A stretch of DNA of 62,759 nucleotides, counting the filler. It is 10 parts of 10 records of this genome, joined end to end, with 100 filler letters (N's around TTAATTAATTAA, not from the genome) between each part and the next. Parts side by side here need not be neighbours in the genome. Positions count along the whole stretch, not along the records: positions 51,031 to 55,134 come from SRR20825010_1016; positions 55,235 to 58,856 come from SRR20825010_1019; positions 58,957 to 62,759 come from SRR20825010_1033; 7 more parts are not named here. The stretch is one strand, 5' to 3'. Shown here piece by piece: positions 51,706 through 61,500 of the stretch. The translations under genes were made by a program, and so were the position numbers. A model generated the notes under the pieces. That model was not told the origin of the DNA. It ran no database searches and worked only from the letters and a program-made list of their open reading frames with translations. Position 1 is the first letter of the stretch. Each line of letters starts with the position of its first letter.

Positions 51706-53045
51706 TGGATAGCTGGCTCATTGAAATCCTGTTCGGCTCGTTTTTCGGCTTGCTGATTCTCGGCGCGCCGATCACCGTTGCGCTTGGCGTCGCCTCGCTG
51801 GTCGCCATGCTCTATCTCGGCGACAACCCGATCAAGATGGTGCAGATGGCGTGGTCGTCGGTTGGCTCCTTCCCGCTGATGGCGCTGCCCGCCTTCATTC
51901 TGGCCGGCGCGCTGATGGAGGCCGCCGGTCTCTCGCGCCGCCTGATCGCCTTCGCGGAAAGCCTTGCCGGTCCGTTTACCGGCGGGCTCGGCGCGGCCAC
52001 CGTGATGGCCTGCCTGTTCTTCGGCGCGATTTCGGGGTCCGGCCCGGCGACGACGGCTGCCGTCGGCATGCTGATGATCCCGGCCATGGCGCGTCAGGGC
52101 TACGGTCCGGGCTATGCGGCTTCGGTCACGGCCGCGGCGGGCGGTCTCGGCATCATCATTCCGCCCTCGATCCCGATGGTGATCTTCGGCATTTCGGCGA
52201 TGGGCATGCAACCGCCGCCGGAAGCGGTCGAAATGCATGGCGCGTTCCAGTCGGTGTCGATCTCCAAGCTGTTCATCGCCGGCGTCCTGCCGGGCGTGGT
52301 GATGGCGGGCGGTCTTTTGACCATGAACTATATCCGCTGCCGGATTCGCGGCTTCCACGGATCGGACGAGCCGTTTTCGCTGCGCCGCGTTGCCAGCGCC
52401 GGCTATCACGGCTTCTGGGCATTGCTTGCGCCCGTGGTCATCCTCGGCGGCATCTATTCGGGCTATTTCACGCCGACCGAAGCCGCGATCGTGGCGATCT
52501 TCTACACGCTGTTCGTGGGCGCGGTGATCTATCGCGAACTCGATGTCCGTCAGGTGATCAAGTCGCTCGACACGACCACATGGCTTGCGGGCCGGGTGTT
52601 GCTGGTGCTGTTTGCGGCGACGATTTTCGGCCGGCTTCTGGTTGAAAACGACGTGCCCGGCGTGATTGCCGGCGGCATCCTGTCGCTGACCGACAATCTC
52701 TATGTGATCTGGGCCATGGTCATCGGCCTGTTGCTGATCATCGGCATGTTCATGGAAACGCTGGCCGCGATCATGATTCTGGTGCCGGTGATGCTGCCGG
52801 TCGCCTACATGATGGGCATCGACCCGATCCATTTCGGCATCGTGATGATCTGCACGCTGTCGGTTGGCTTCCAGACCCCGCCGCTTGGCGAAAACCTGTT
52901 CATCGCATCCGGCATTTCCGGAATTTCGATCGAGCGGATCAGCCTGCGCGCAATCCCGTTCGCGATCGCCTCGGTGATCGCTATCTTCATAATCGCCAGC
53001 TTCCCGGCAATCTCTCTCTGGCTGCCGCGAATGATGGGCTACTAG
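51705..53045 (+). CDS. TRAP large permease (DctM; TauM-like)
   Basis: LPAFILAG, FGAISGSG, IIPPSIP, TPTEAA, GIDPIHFG, TPPLG. Confidence 0.93.
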   Translation: MDSWLIEILFGSFFGLLILGAPITVALGVASLVAMLYLGDNPIKMVQMAWSSVGSFPLMALPAFILAGALMEAAGLSRRLIAFAESLAGPFTGGLGAATVMACLFFGAISGSGPATTAAVGMLMIPAMARQGYGPGYAASVTAAAGGLGIIIPPSIPMVIFGISAMGMQPPPEAVEMHGAFQSVSISKLFIAGVLPGVVMAGGLLTMNYIRCRIRGFHGSDEPFSLRRVASAGYHGFWALLAPVVILGGIYSGYFTPTEAAIVAIFYTLFVGAVIYRELDVRQVIKSLDTTTWLAGRVLLVLFAATIFGRLLVENDVPGVIAGGILSLTDNLYVIWAMVIGLLLIIGMFMETLAAIMILVPVMLPVAYMMGIDPIHFGIVMICTLSVGFQTPPLGENLFIASGISGISIERISLRAIPFAIASVIAIFIIASFPAISLWLPRMMGY

Positions 53046-53148
53046 GGCGCATCCAGGAAAAGTGGAATCCGGTTTTCCGTCCGGATGCGCGTAAAAACAA
53101 AAAGATAGAGCATTTTCGATGATCCGGTTTTCATCGGAAATGCTCCAG
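53042..53148. repeat. BRU-RS/RIME-like interspersed palindromic element (~107 bp)
   Basis: CTAGGGCGCATCCAGGAAAAGTGGAATCCGGTTTTCCGTCCGGATGCGC-AAAAACAAAAAGA-TAGAGCATTTTCGATGA...TCATCGGAAATGCTC: two hairpins joined by an A-rich linker. Confidence 0.75.
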
Positions 53149-53164
53149 GGCAAGGAAAACTCTC

Positions 53165-53569
53165 ATGACTGCACATAATAAAAAACTCTCCGCAGACGAT
53201 CTGAAGGCCACGTTCGACGCCTTCAACCGCCACGACATCGATGGGGTGATGACCCATTTCGCCGATGACTGCGTGTTCTTCACCGTCGCCGGCGACCATG
53301 AATATGGCAACCGGATGGATGGCAAGGCCGCGATCGCCAAGGCCTTCGTCGGCGTCTGGACCGCGATGCCGGACGTGCAATGGGCCGACCACAGCCATTT
53401 CCTGTCCGAGGACGGCACGCGCGGCGTCAGCCAGTGGACCTTCTGCGCCACCAATCCCGACGGCACCCGCACAGAGGTGCAGGGCGTCGACCTGTTCCGG
53501 ATCCGCGACGGCCAGATTGTCGAGAAGCAGGCGATACGCAAGCAGCGCCCTGCGATACCCGCCAAGTGA
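53165..53569 (+). CDS. tauX: Taurine dehydrogenase small subunit (SnoaL/NTF2 fold)
   Basis: FDAFNRHDIDGVM...GVSQWTF...GVDLF...KQAIRK; lies between the TRAP genes and tauY-xsc. Confidence 0.82.
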   Translation: MTAHNKKLSADDLKATFDAFNRHDIDGVMTHFADDCVFFTVAGDHEYGNRMDGKAAIAKAFVGVWTAMPDVQWADHSHFLSEDGTRGVSQWTFCATNPDGTRTEVQGVDLFRIRDGQIVEKQAIRKQRPAIPAK

Positions 53570-53581
53570 TGTGAGACGATC

Positions 53582-54973
53582 ATGCAGGTCAATGAGAAAC
53601 GCCTGGGATCGAAACCCTTCGATCCGCATTATGATCCCCTGACGACCCGCACCCTCGGGCCGGGCAGCGATTACGCGCCGACCTACTGGATCGGCACGGC
53701 CGGTGAGGTCCCCGGCGACGACGGACCCGTCACCGGTGACATGGACGTCGACGCGGTGGTGATCGGCTCCGGCTATACCGGGCTTTCGGCCGCGATCCAC
53801 CTTGCCAAGATGCATGGCATCAAGGCAACGGTGCTGGAGGCGAACGGCGTTGCCTATGGCTGCTCCACCCGCAATGGCGGTCAGGCCCAGATCAGTTCGG
53901 GCCGGCTGAAGCGCAGCCAGTGGATCGAACGCTGGGGTCTCGACACGGCGCGCGCCCTGCACGACGAGATCGTGGACGCCTTCGACCTGTTTCGCGGGCT
54001 TGTCCGCGACCACGCGATTGCCTGCGAGCCGCAGGATGGCGGGCATTATTACATCGCCCACAAGGCGTCGGCGATGCCATCGCTGGAAGCCGAGACGCGG
54101 CTTTTGAACGACAAGTTCGGCTATGGCGCGCGGATGCTCGGCCGCGAGGAAGTCCATGAAACGGTCGCCCGCGATATGGAAGCTCATGGCGCGATGTGGG
54201 AGCCGGATGGCACCGGCATTCATGCCGCCAAGCTCGCCTTCGGCTATCTGCGGATCGCCCGTGAACTCGGCGCGAAGGTGCACACCGACAGCCCGGTTCA
54301 GGGTTGGGAATACAGGAACGGCATCCACCATCTGAAGACCCCGGGCGGTACGGTGCGCACAAAACGCGTGGCCGTCGCCACAGCCGCCTATGCGCCGCGC
54401 GGGCTTCACCCGCGGGTGAAGGACCGGCTGCTGCCGATCATGTCGAACAGTATCGTCACCCGGGTGTTGAGCGATGTCGAATTGCAGTCCGTCGGCATCA
54501 AGAAGCTGTCGCCGCTGACCGATACCCGCACGCTGCGCAACTATTACCGCCTGCTGCCGGACAACCGGTTGCAGATCGGTTCGCGCGCGGCGATCACCGG
54601 GCGGGACGCTTCCAACCCGGCGCATCTGAAAGGGCTTTGCGATGCGATGGCGCGCAAGTTCCCGGCGCTTGCCGGCATTGAACTCGATTACAGCTGGTGG
54701 GGCTGGGTCGATGTTTCCCACGACATGATGCCGCGCATCACCGGTATGCCGGATCTGCCCGGCGCCTATTACGCGCTCGGCTATGGCGGCAACGGGGTGA
54801 TGTATTCGGCCATGGCCGGCCGTCGCATGGCGCAGCTGGTTGCCGGCGAGCCGATCCCGGATCTTCCGATCTACGGTTCGGAACTGAAACACGAGGGCTG
54901 GAGAACGCCCTTCCGCCGCCTCGGACAATGGGGCCTCTACCAATATTATCACTACCGTGACGAACGGACCTAA
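53582..54973 (+). CDS. tauY: Taurine dehydrogenase large subunit (DAO-family FAD oxidoreductase)
   Basis: IGSGYTG, CSTRNGG, GYGGNGV; upstream of xsc. Confidence 0.82.
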   Translation: MQVNEKRLGSKPFDPHYDPLTTRTLGPGSDYAPTYWIGTAGEVPGDDGPVTGDMDVDAVVIGSGYTGLSAAIHLAKMHGIKATVLEANGVAYGCSTRNGGQAQISSGRLKRSQWIERWGLDTARALHDEIVDAFDLFRGLVRDHAIACEPQDGGHYYIAHKASAMPSLEAETRLLNDKFGYGARMLGREEVHETVARDMEAHGAMWEPDGTGIHAAKLAFGYLRIARELGAKVHTDSPVQGWEYRNGIHHLKTPGGTVRTKRVAVATAAYAPRGLHPRVKDRLLPIMSNSIVTRVLSDVELQSVGIKKLSPLTDTRTLRNYYRLLPDNRLQIGSRAAITGRDASNPAHLKGLCDAMARKFPALAGIELDYSWWGWVDVSHDMMPRITGMPDLPGAYYALGYGGNGVMYSAMAGRRMAQLVAGEPIPDLPIYGSELKHEGWRTPFRRLGQWGLYQYYHYRDERT

Positions 54974-54984
54974 GGAAAACACCG

Positions 54985-55134
54985 ATGAAAATGACCACCG
55001 AAGAAGCGTTTGTCAAAGTTCTGCAGATGCACGGGATCGAACATGCATTCGGCATTATCGGCTCCGCGATGATGCCCGTCAGCGACCTGTTTCCGAAGGC
55101 CGGAATCACCTTCTGGGATTGCGCCCACGAAACC
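54985..55134 (+). CDS. xsc: Sulfoacetaldehyde acetyltransferase, N-terminus; 3' truncated
   Basis: MKMTTEEAFVKVLQMHGIEHAFGIIGSAMMP...WDCAHE. Confidence 0.93.
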
Positions 55135-55234
55135 NNNNNNNNNNNNNNNNNNNNNNNNNNNNNNNNNNNNNNNNNNNNTTAATTAATTAANNNNNNNNNN
55201 NNNNNNNNNNNNNNNNNNNNNNNNNNNNNNNNNN
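55135..55234. other. Synthetic contig spacer
   Basis: N44-TTAATTAATTAA-N44. Confidence 0.98.
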
Positions 55235-56247
55235 GAGGGTATGCCCGGAAGTCCCGCTGGAAGAAGGTAGTCATAGTCAACTACGAACGTCCCACGAAAC
55301 TGATTTCCATCAATGAAGCCAAGTGCCTCCGTATAGCAAGTGGTGGTGACATCGAATGGAATTACACCTGCCGGGCTCAACAGCGTCTTTGGAAATGGCG
55401 TTCCGGCCTTGAAACTTAAATTGAGAACATTTTGTAGTAGAGTAGGTTGTGTTTTATCAAGGGATATAAACTCATCAGCCGAATTGAATAAAAGGGGAGA
55501 AAATCCCATCGCTTTGTGTAATTCGTCCATGGCGGTGAATGCAGACTTAACCTCAACTTCGGCTGAAATTAGCCCGTCTTCTCGGCGGAATACCTTCCAT
55601 CCTACGACAGAGTTTCTCAGGCCATCCATATCTACATTCAAAGGGATGCTGGCGACGTTCTTTTCATAGACGACCTCGCCACCCACGATAGCGACGGCCG
55701 ATCCAAATCCGGGCGCAAGAGGCTTTCCAAGATCAATCTTTACCTCCGCTTTCTTCTTCATCGCGTCCGGCCCTAAAAGATTACGAAGCGCCGGTAACAA
55801 TTCATTTGTTTCGTCTTTCATCCATTGGAACACCGGCGAATCTGGTCGCCCTACACGATAAACGCGGAATTCGCGGCCGTTTGTGAGCATGTAATACTCT
55901 GCTGCGATCTCAGGATGAGTTGCGTAGGTGTGGGCCTGTTGACTGTCTTCTAATGACAACTCGACGGACGGGCGTTTCGCTTCGACCACCCACCGGGCAT
56001 AGGAGACAACCTCGCAAACAAAGTCGGGCCTTCCTCTAAGAGGCGGGTCTTTCTTTGCGTCCTTGTGGCCTAGAAAAGCACGATCATATTGCAACGGTAT
56101 TTGGCTGCGAAGATTGGCGAATTCAGCGCCCTGCCGATAGCCTAGCGCTCGGCATAATGGCCGAACTAGCTCACCGGCAACATCATCTTCATTCATTGCA
56201 TCAATGTCATGCTCAGCAAATATGCTTCCTTGCGCCGAAACTTTCAT
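55235..56247 (-). CDS. HsdR N-terminal-like PD-(D/E)xK nuclease with unknown beta-rich C-terminal domain; 3' truncated
   Basis: NEDDV..LVRPL..LGY, RPDF, VVEAK, QAHTYA, LTNGREFRVY; start probably ATG 56247. Confidence 0.8.
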
Positions 56248-56449
56248 CGCCACTGCCCATAAATGTTGCCCGCCAGAGTTATAACAGGAAGACCGATACA
56301 CCTTCCATCTGTTCGCGTTGTGTTCCACAGAAGGTTTTAAATGAGCGATGCAAAAGGCCTCGACGAATCTCGGATGGCCGATTTCCACATGCAAAACCCC
56401 ATGTGGAACACCCACAAAGTTGTAACACAGGGTATTTTCGGGCTTTGCT

Positions 56450-56462
56450 TAAGAGATTGATT
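56450..56462 (-). promoter_or_regulatory. IHF consensus site next to the tRNA-Gln 3' end (att-like junction)
   Basis: Minus strand AATCAATCTCTTA = WATCAA-N4-TTR. Confidence 0.55.
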
Positions 56463-56481
56463 TTATTAACAAAATAGATCA

Positions 56482-56556
56482 TGGCTGGGGCGGCAGGATT
56501 CGAACCTGCGAATGACGGTACCAAAAACCGTTGCCTTACCACTTGGCGACGCCCCA
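56482..56556 (-). tRNA. tRNA-Gln (TTG)
   Basis: TGGGGCGTCGCCAAGTGGTAAGGCAACGGTTTTTGGTACCGTCATTCGCAGGTTCGAATCCTGCCGCCCCAGCCA. Confidence 0.97.
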
Positions 56557-56653
56557 AGACCGAGCGAAGCGGTGGATAGCAGAAGCACGGCCCCACGACA
56601 AGCAGTCGTCTTCAGCCTTTCTGTGGAGCGCGTGCTTTCCCTTTCCTGACTGG

Positions 56654-57754
56654 TCAGGCCACCCACTCACCCCAGAACCGGGTGATCGACGCCGGCACAT
56701 AGCCGTCGAGCCCGCCGAAGAACTGTGCCAGCTCAACCGTGTCGCCCGTCGTCAGCCCCGCCATCACGTGAAGGTGCAACGCGGCCTCCGAACCATCGAC
56801 CGCGAGACTGGCCACACCGGCCGACACCAAAGGCGCGCAAAGGTCGCCCGATCCATTCAGCACCAGTTTCGCCTTGAGTGCGGAGGGAACATTGGTGCCG
56901 TTCTGTTTCCAGCCAATCATCGCTCCAAAACGATAAAGCCCGTCGGTCGGCGCGGTAAAACGGTTCGTCCCCGTGTCGAAGGCAGCCTGGCCGTTCGCCA
57001 CCGTGTTGTTGATCGCCACGGTCTGCCAGGTGTCGGCGGCGATGTACTGGTCGTAGTTGATGAAGCCGAGAAATTTCGGGTTCGATGGCAGCGCGACACG
57101 ACCGGAGTTCTCGTCGGTCAAAATCGCGTCGTTGAAAGTGGAACCGTCTGCCGAAACGGCAAGCCGCCAGCCGTCCGAGCCGAAAAGCCCCATCATCGCA
57201 CGAGTGAGAAAGCCGCTTTGCAGCAGCAAACCGACATCGCTGGCAGGCAATTCCTTGTTCATCGTATAGAGCAGGCTGCCCGTGCCCCCTTCGGCAGCAT
57301 AACGGGCTGTCCAGAGCGCCTTGTCGAGCTTTGCGGAAAAAGGGTTTACGGCATCGGCACTCGTGCCAAGCCCGAACAGGGCTGCATTCTGGATCTCGGC
57401 CCCGCTTTCGGGCACACCGTCGATCGGCTGCCAAGCCGTTCCGTCGAAAACCACAAGCCGCGATTCATCGATGACCCATGCGCGCCAGCCGGTCACAGGC
57501 GCAAGCCTTTCCCAGGCCCCGTCCACGAAATAGGCAATCTGGTCTTCCCATCCGCTCCAGGCTCCCGAGGCGGCGGTACTGACGATGTAGCACGCGCCAT
57601 CATCCGGGCTGGAAGGCGGCGTCGAGAGATCGCGGTCGCGCACGGCGAGATGCACCAACCCATCGAGCAGACGAATGGCTTCGTTGTGTGTCACATGCTT
57701 CTGCGCCTGAGAGGGCATGATGTAAGGGAGGTTGAGATTTGCAGTCTGTTCCAT
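56654..57754 (-). CDS. DUF2793 protein (phage/GTA tail-fibre-like) with C1q-like C-terminal domain
   Basis: LPYIMPSQAQKHVTHNEA, GAWSGW, PVTGWRAW; C-terminal FDTGTNRFTAPTDGLYRF. Confidence 0.85.
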   Translation of the reverse strand: MEQTANLNLPYIMPSQAQKHVTHNEAIRLLDGLVHLAVRDRDLSTPPSSPDDGACYIVSTAASGAWSGWEDQIAYFVDGAWERLAPVTGWRAWVIDESRLVVFDGTAWQPIDGVPESGAEIQNAALFGLGTSADAVNPFSAKLDKALWTARYAAEGGTGSLLYTMNKELPASDVGLLLQSGFLTRAMMGLFGSDGWRLAVSADGSTFNDAILTDENSGRVALPSNPKFLGFINYDQYIAADTWQTVAINNTVANGQAAFDTGTNRFTAPTDGLYRFGAMIGWKQNGTNVPSALKAKLVLNGSGDLCAPLVSAGVASLAVDGSEAALHLHVMAGLTTGDTVELAQFFGGLDGYVPASITRFWGEWVA

Positions 57755-58095
57755 GGCGGCCCGTTCCTTGTGAGAGCACGAGTCTAGAGGCGCCCGGGCG
57801 CGCGGGGATAAACTTGCCGCAGAGCGTTACCGCTTTCCCCGGCAAAGGAGGCAAAACACATTCACTTTTGGCTGCTTTCACGGCTTGCCGTGGGGTAAAA
57901 AAGCTCGTCGGGGTAGCGCCCTCTCCCCATGGATGCCGTAAATCCACTGATGGACTTATTGCCTACACCCGGCGTCAACGTTTCCAATCTAATGTCGGAG
58001 CAATCTACGTGTATGCATTTTGAAACGTCGAAAAGCGCTTCAGCGCATTCACGGTCAGGGAAACGTAATCTAGATGATGATGGTGGGGTCGATTG

Positions 58096-58856
58096 ATGTT
58101 TGTACCGGTGATCATGGCAGGCGGAATGGGAACGCGGCTATGGCCGGTTTCGCGCGAACACTATCCCAAGCAGTTTTGCACGCTGGTCGGCGATACGACC
58201 ATGTTGCAACAGACCATGGCGCGGCTTGTTGGCCTCGATTGTGCGGCTCCGCTTACAGTCTGCAATGAAGAGCATCGCTTTCTCGCCGCCGAACAGCTTC
58301 GGCAGGCCGGCATCGAAAAGGCTCCCATCGTGCTTGAGCCGGTGGGCCGCAACACCGCGCCGGCCATCACACTTGCCGCGCTGCAGGCCGCGGCCAACGG
58401 GGAAGACCCGCTGCTTCTGGTCATGCCCGCCGATCATCTCATTCAGAACCTGCCTGCATTCCATGAAGGGGTTGCCAAGGCCGAAATTCTGGCCCGGGAA
58501 GGCCGGCTGGTGACATTCGGCATCGTGCCGACCAGTCCCGAGACCGGATTTGGCTATATCCGTCGCGGTGAAAGGATCGGCGAGACCGGGTTTGCCGTTT
58601 CAGGTTTCGAGGAAAAGCCCGACCTGGCCACCGCACAGGCCTATCTGGAAGATGGCGGATATGACTGGAACAGCGGCATGTTCATGTTCCGGACCAGCAC
58701 GTATCTGGAAGCGATACACACCCATGCTCCGGCGATACTCGATGCCTGCAAGGCAGCCATGGCGGGCGTGGAAAGCGACGACTATTTCCTCCGGCCGGAA
58801 CGGGAGGCTTTCGAGGCCTGTCCGGCCGATTCCATCGACTATGCGGTGATGGAAAA
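58096..58856 (+). CDS. manC: Mannose-1-phosphate guanylyltransferase (/isomerase); 3' truncated
   Basis: IMAGGMGTRLWPVSR, PKQF, LEPVGRNTAPA, PADH, FEEKP, WNSGMF, SIDYAVME. Confidence 0.95.
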
Positions 58857-58956
58857 NNNNNNNNNNNNNNNNNNNNNNNNNNNNNNNNNNNNNNNNNNNN
58901 TTAATTAATTAANNNNNNNNNNNNNNNNNNNNNNNNNNNNNNNNNNNNNNNNNNNN
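58857..58956. other. Synthetic contig spacer
   Basis: N44-TTAATTAATTAA-N44. Confidence 0.98.
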
Positions 58957-60635
58957 CCATAGACCAGCGTGTTGGTCTGGTAGCCGATGGGCGTGGCAAA
59001 ACTTGCCGAAGCTCCGAACATCACGGCCACCACCAGGGCGCGGGGGTCGATGCCCAATTGCTGCGCAAGGCTGATGACGATGGGGGTCAGGATCACCGCC
59101 ACGGCGTTGTTCGTGACGAGCTCCGTCAGCACCGAGGCGGTCAGATAGACCGCCGCCAGCAGCAGGAGGGGGGGCAGGGTCTCCAACAGCGGGGTCAGGG
59201 TGCCCACGACGGTTTCGACTGCACCGCTGTTTTCAAGCCCGGTCCCGATCACCAGCATCGCAAAGATCAGGATCAGGATGGTTGCGTCGATTGACCCCCA
59301 GGCCTCGTCGTTGTCGATGCAGCGCAGGAACAGGATCAGGGCCACCGCGAGGATCGACAACAGCGTGATGCTGGCCACGTTGAAGGCAGCAAGGGTCACA
59401 ACGGCCAGCAGCGCGCCGATGGCGATCGGGGCCTGGCGTCTGCGGTACGCGCGCCCCGAAGGCCGCGAGACCGACACGATGGTGCCGCCGCGCGCCAGCG
59501 CATCCAGTCCTGCGGCGGTTCCCTGCAAGAGCAGCCTGTCTGCCGAACGCAGTTTCACTGACCACAGATCCGGGCCCGGAATATGCCCGTGCCGGTTTGC
59601 ACCCAGGATGCGCACGCCATAGTCCGCGCCCAACCCAGTGACACCCAGCATTGTCCGGCCCTGGGCCAGACCCGGCGGTACGATGGCTTCTGCGATCAGG
59701 GGGGCTTCGTCCTCGCGGGGGCGGCCTGGGCGGCGCAGACCCACGCGCAGCCCCGAAATGTCATGCAGAGTGAGCAGTTCCGACGTGGGCAGCGACAGGA
59801 TCAGGGTGTCGCCCTTTGCCAGTACCGTTTCGGGCAGGTCCGACCGCTGGATATTGCCGCCCCGGCGCAGCCCCGTGATGCGGATCGCCGCGCGGTTGAA
59901 TTCCGGCGTGTCGGCGAGCGTCTGGCCGATCATCGGCGCGTCAGGCAGGATCGCGACCTCTGTCAGAAAGGTGGTTTCGGTCAGCATGGACGCGGCCCCC
60001 CGGTCGGCACGGTCGGGCAGCAGGAAACGACCGGCCAGCACCATGAAGGTCAGACCAGTGAGCGCGACAACGATGCCCACAGGCGCGATTTCGAAGATAC
60101 CAAATGCGTCGAGGCCATTCTGACGCGCAACGCCATCCACCAATAGGTTGGTGGAGGTGCCGATCATGGTGCAGGTGCCGCCCAGAATCGACACATAGGA
60201 CAAGGGGATCAGCAAGCGGGTCGAAACGATGCCTACAGCGTGGCTGAGGCGCAGCACCAGCGGGATCAAGATCAGCACAATCGGGGTGTTGTTGACAAAG
60301 GCCGATGCAACCAGTGCCGCAAGGAAGAAAGTGACCAATGCGAGGATCGGCCGCGTCTTGGCCCGTTCGACGATGAATCCGGCCATGGCATCCAGCACCC
60401 CCGTGCGCACCAGCGCGCCCGAGACGACGAACATCGCCGCAATCGTGATCGGGGCCGGGTTGGAGAAGACGGCCATCACATCGTCCGGGCTGACGAGACC
60501 CAGTACTATGAACACAGCCGCACCAACGACGGCTGTCGTGTCGGGCGGGTATTTTTCGAGGATAAAGGCGATGAACACGCAGGCCAGCAGGCCCAATGCA
60601 ACAAGGTCCTGGGACCCCGCGAACCAATCACTCAT
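58957..60635 (-). CDS. SLC13/CitMHS-family permease with TrkA-C domains; 3' truncated
   Basis: SAFVNNT, LGGTCTMIGTSTNL, TNNAVA, ASASFATPIGYQTN. Confidence 0.92.
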
Positions 60636-60796
60636 CAGTCACCCCTTTTGTGCGCTGCGGCAGAACCCGTCAGTCAACGCGGCAGGGCGGCGGGTGGTTC
60701 CGGCTGGTTGTGACCGGGTGGCAATAAACTGCGCCGGACCGACATGGGTGTCGGCCCGGCGCATCAGGCGTTTCTTGCTGTTTGGCTGGTGACGCC

Positions 60797-61381
60797 TCAA
60801 GCGGCGATGGCAAGCCCGTCGATCTGGTCATTTGCGCGGGCGATGGTGCCTTCGGCATCCTTGGCCAGCGCGTCAGCGGCAACGATGGTCACATCGGTGA
60901 TGCCCAGAAAACCCAGCACGAATTTCAGGTATTCGGTGACGAAATCGGCCGGCGACCCTGCTGGCACACCGCCGGAGGCCATGGCGATGATGACGCGCTT
61001 GCCCTTGACCAGCCCTTCGGGCCCGTTTTCTGTGTAGCGGAAGGTGACGCCGACGCGCGCCACGAGGTCGATCCATGCCTTGAGCGAGGCAGGCACGCCA
61101 AAATTGTAGATCGGTGCGCCGATCACGATGGTGTCGGCGGACAGCAGTTCTGCCACCAGCTTGTCGGATTCCTTCAGCGCCTCGATTTGCTCGGGCGCGC
61201 GGTCGGATTCGGGTGTCGCGCGGGCCACGGCCCAAGTGTGGGTGATCTGCGGCAGCGGTTCGAGGGCGAGGTCACGGGTAACAATATCGCTGTCGCCCAG
61301 TTTGGCGACGATCCGGTCGGTCAACTTGCGTGTGATCGAGTCTGCGGTGTTTGCGGAGGAGTCGATGCGGAGTATGGACAT
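60797..61381 (-). CDS. azoR: FMN-dependent NADH-azoreductase
   Basis: ILRIDSS, APIYNFGVPASLKAWID, TFRYTENGPEGL; AAGGAA RBS. Confidence 0.93.
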   Translation of the reverse strand: MSILRIDSSANTADSITRKLTDRIVAKLGDSDIVTRDLALEPLPQITHTWAVARATPESDRAPEQIEALKESDKLVAELLSADTIVIGAPIYNFGVPASLKAWIDLVARVGVTFRYTENGPEGLVKGKRVIIAMASGGVPAGSPADFVTEYLKFVLGFLGITDVTIVAADALAKDAEGTIARANDQIDGLAIAA

Positions 61382-61464
61382 TGTGTACTTCCTTGGTTGA
61401 TGCGTTTGATTTGTAAATCGGCTCTTGCAAATGCAAACACAACTGCCAGAAAACGCGCGAGACA

Positions 61465-61480
61465 TGTTCAAATTTGCACA
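61465..61480. promoter_or_regulatory. Imperfect palindrome, putative LysR operator
   Basis: TGTTCAAATTTGCACA (14/16 dyad) between divergent azoR and lysR. Confidence 0.5.
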
Positions 61481-61500
61481 AAGGTAGATGCAGGGGGCAA

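Noticed and set aside
51684..54982. 489-aa and 646-aa minus-strand ORFs
   Set aside because: Antisense shadows of dctM and tauXY
27128..55134. Single sulfur-metabolism supercluster (SUF, rhodanese, taurine genes)
   Set aside because: The parts lie on different contigs separated by synthetic spacers
56248..56415. N-terminal 56 codons of the nuclease ORF
   Set aside because: Overlaps the att-like repeats; the nuclease-like sequence begins after ATG 56247
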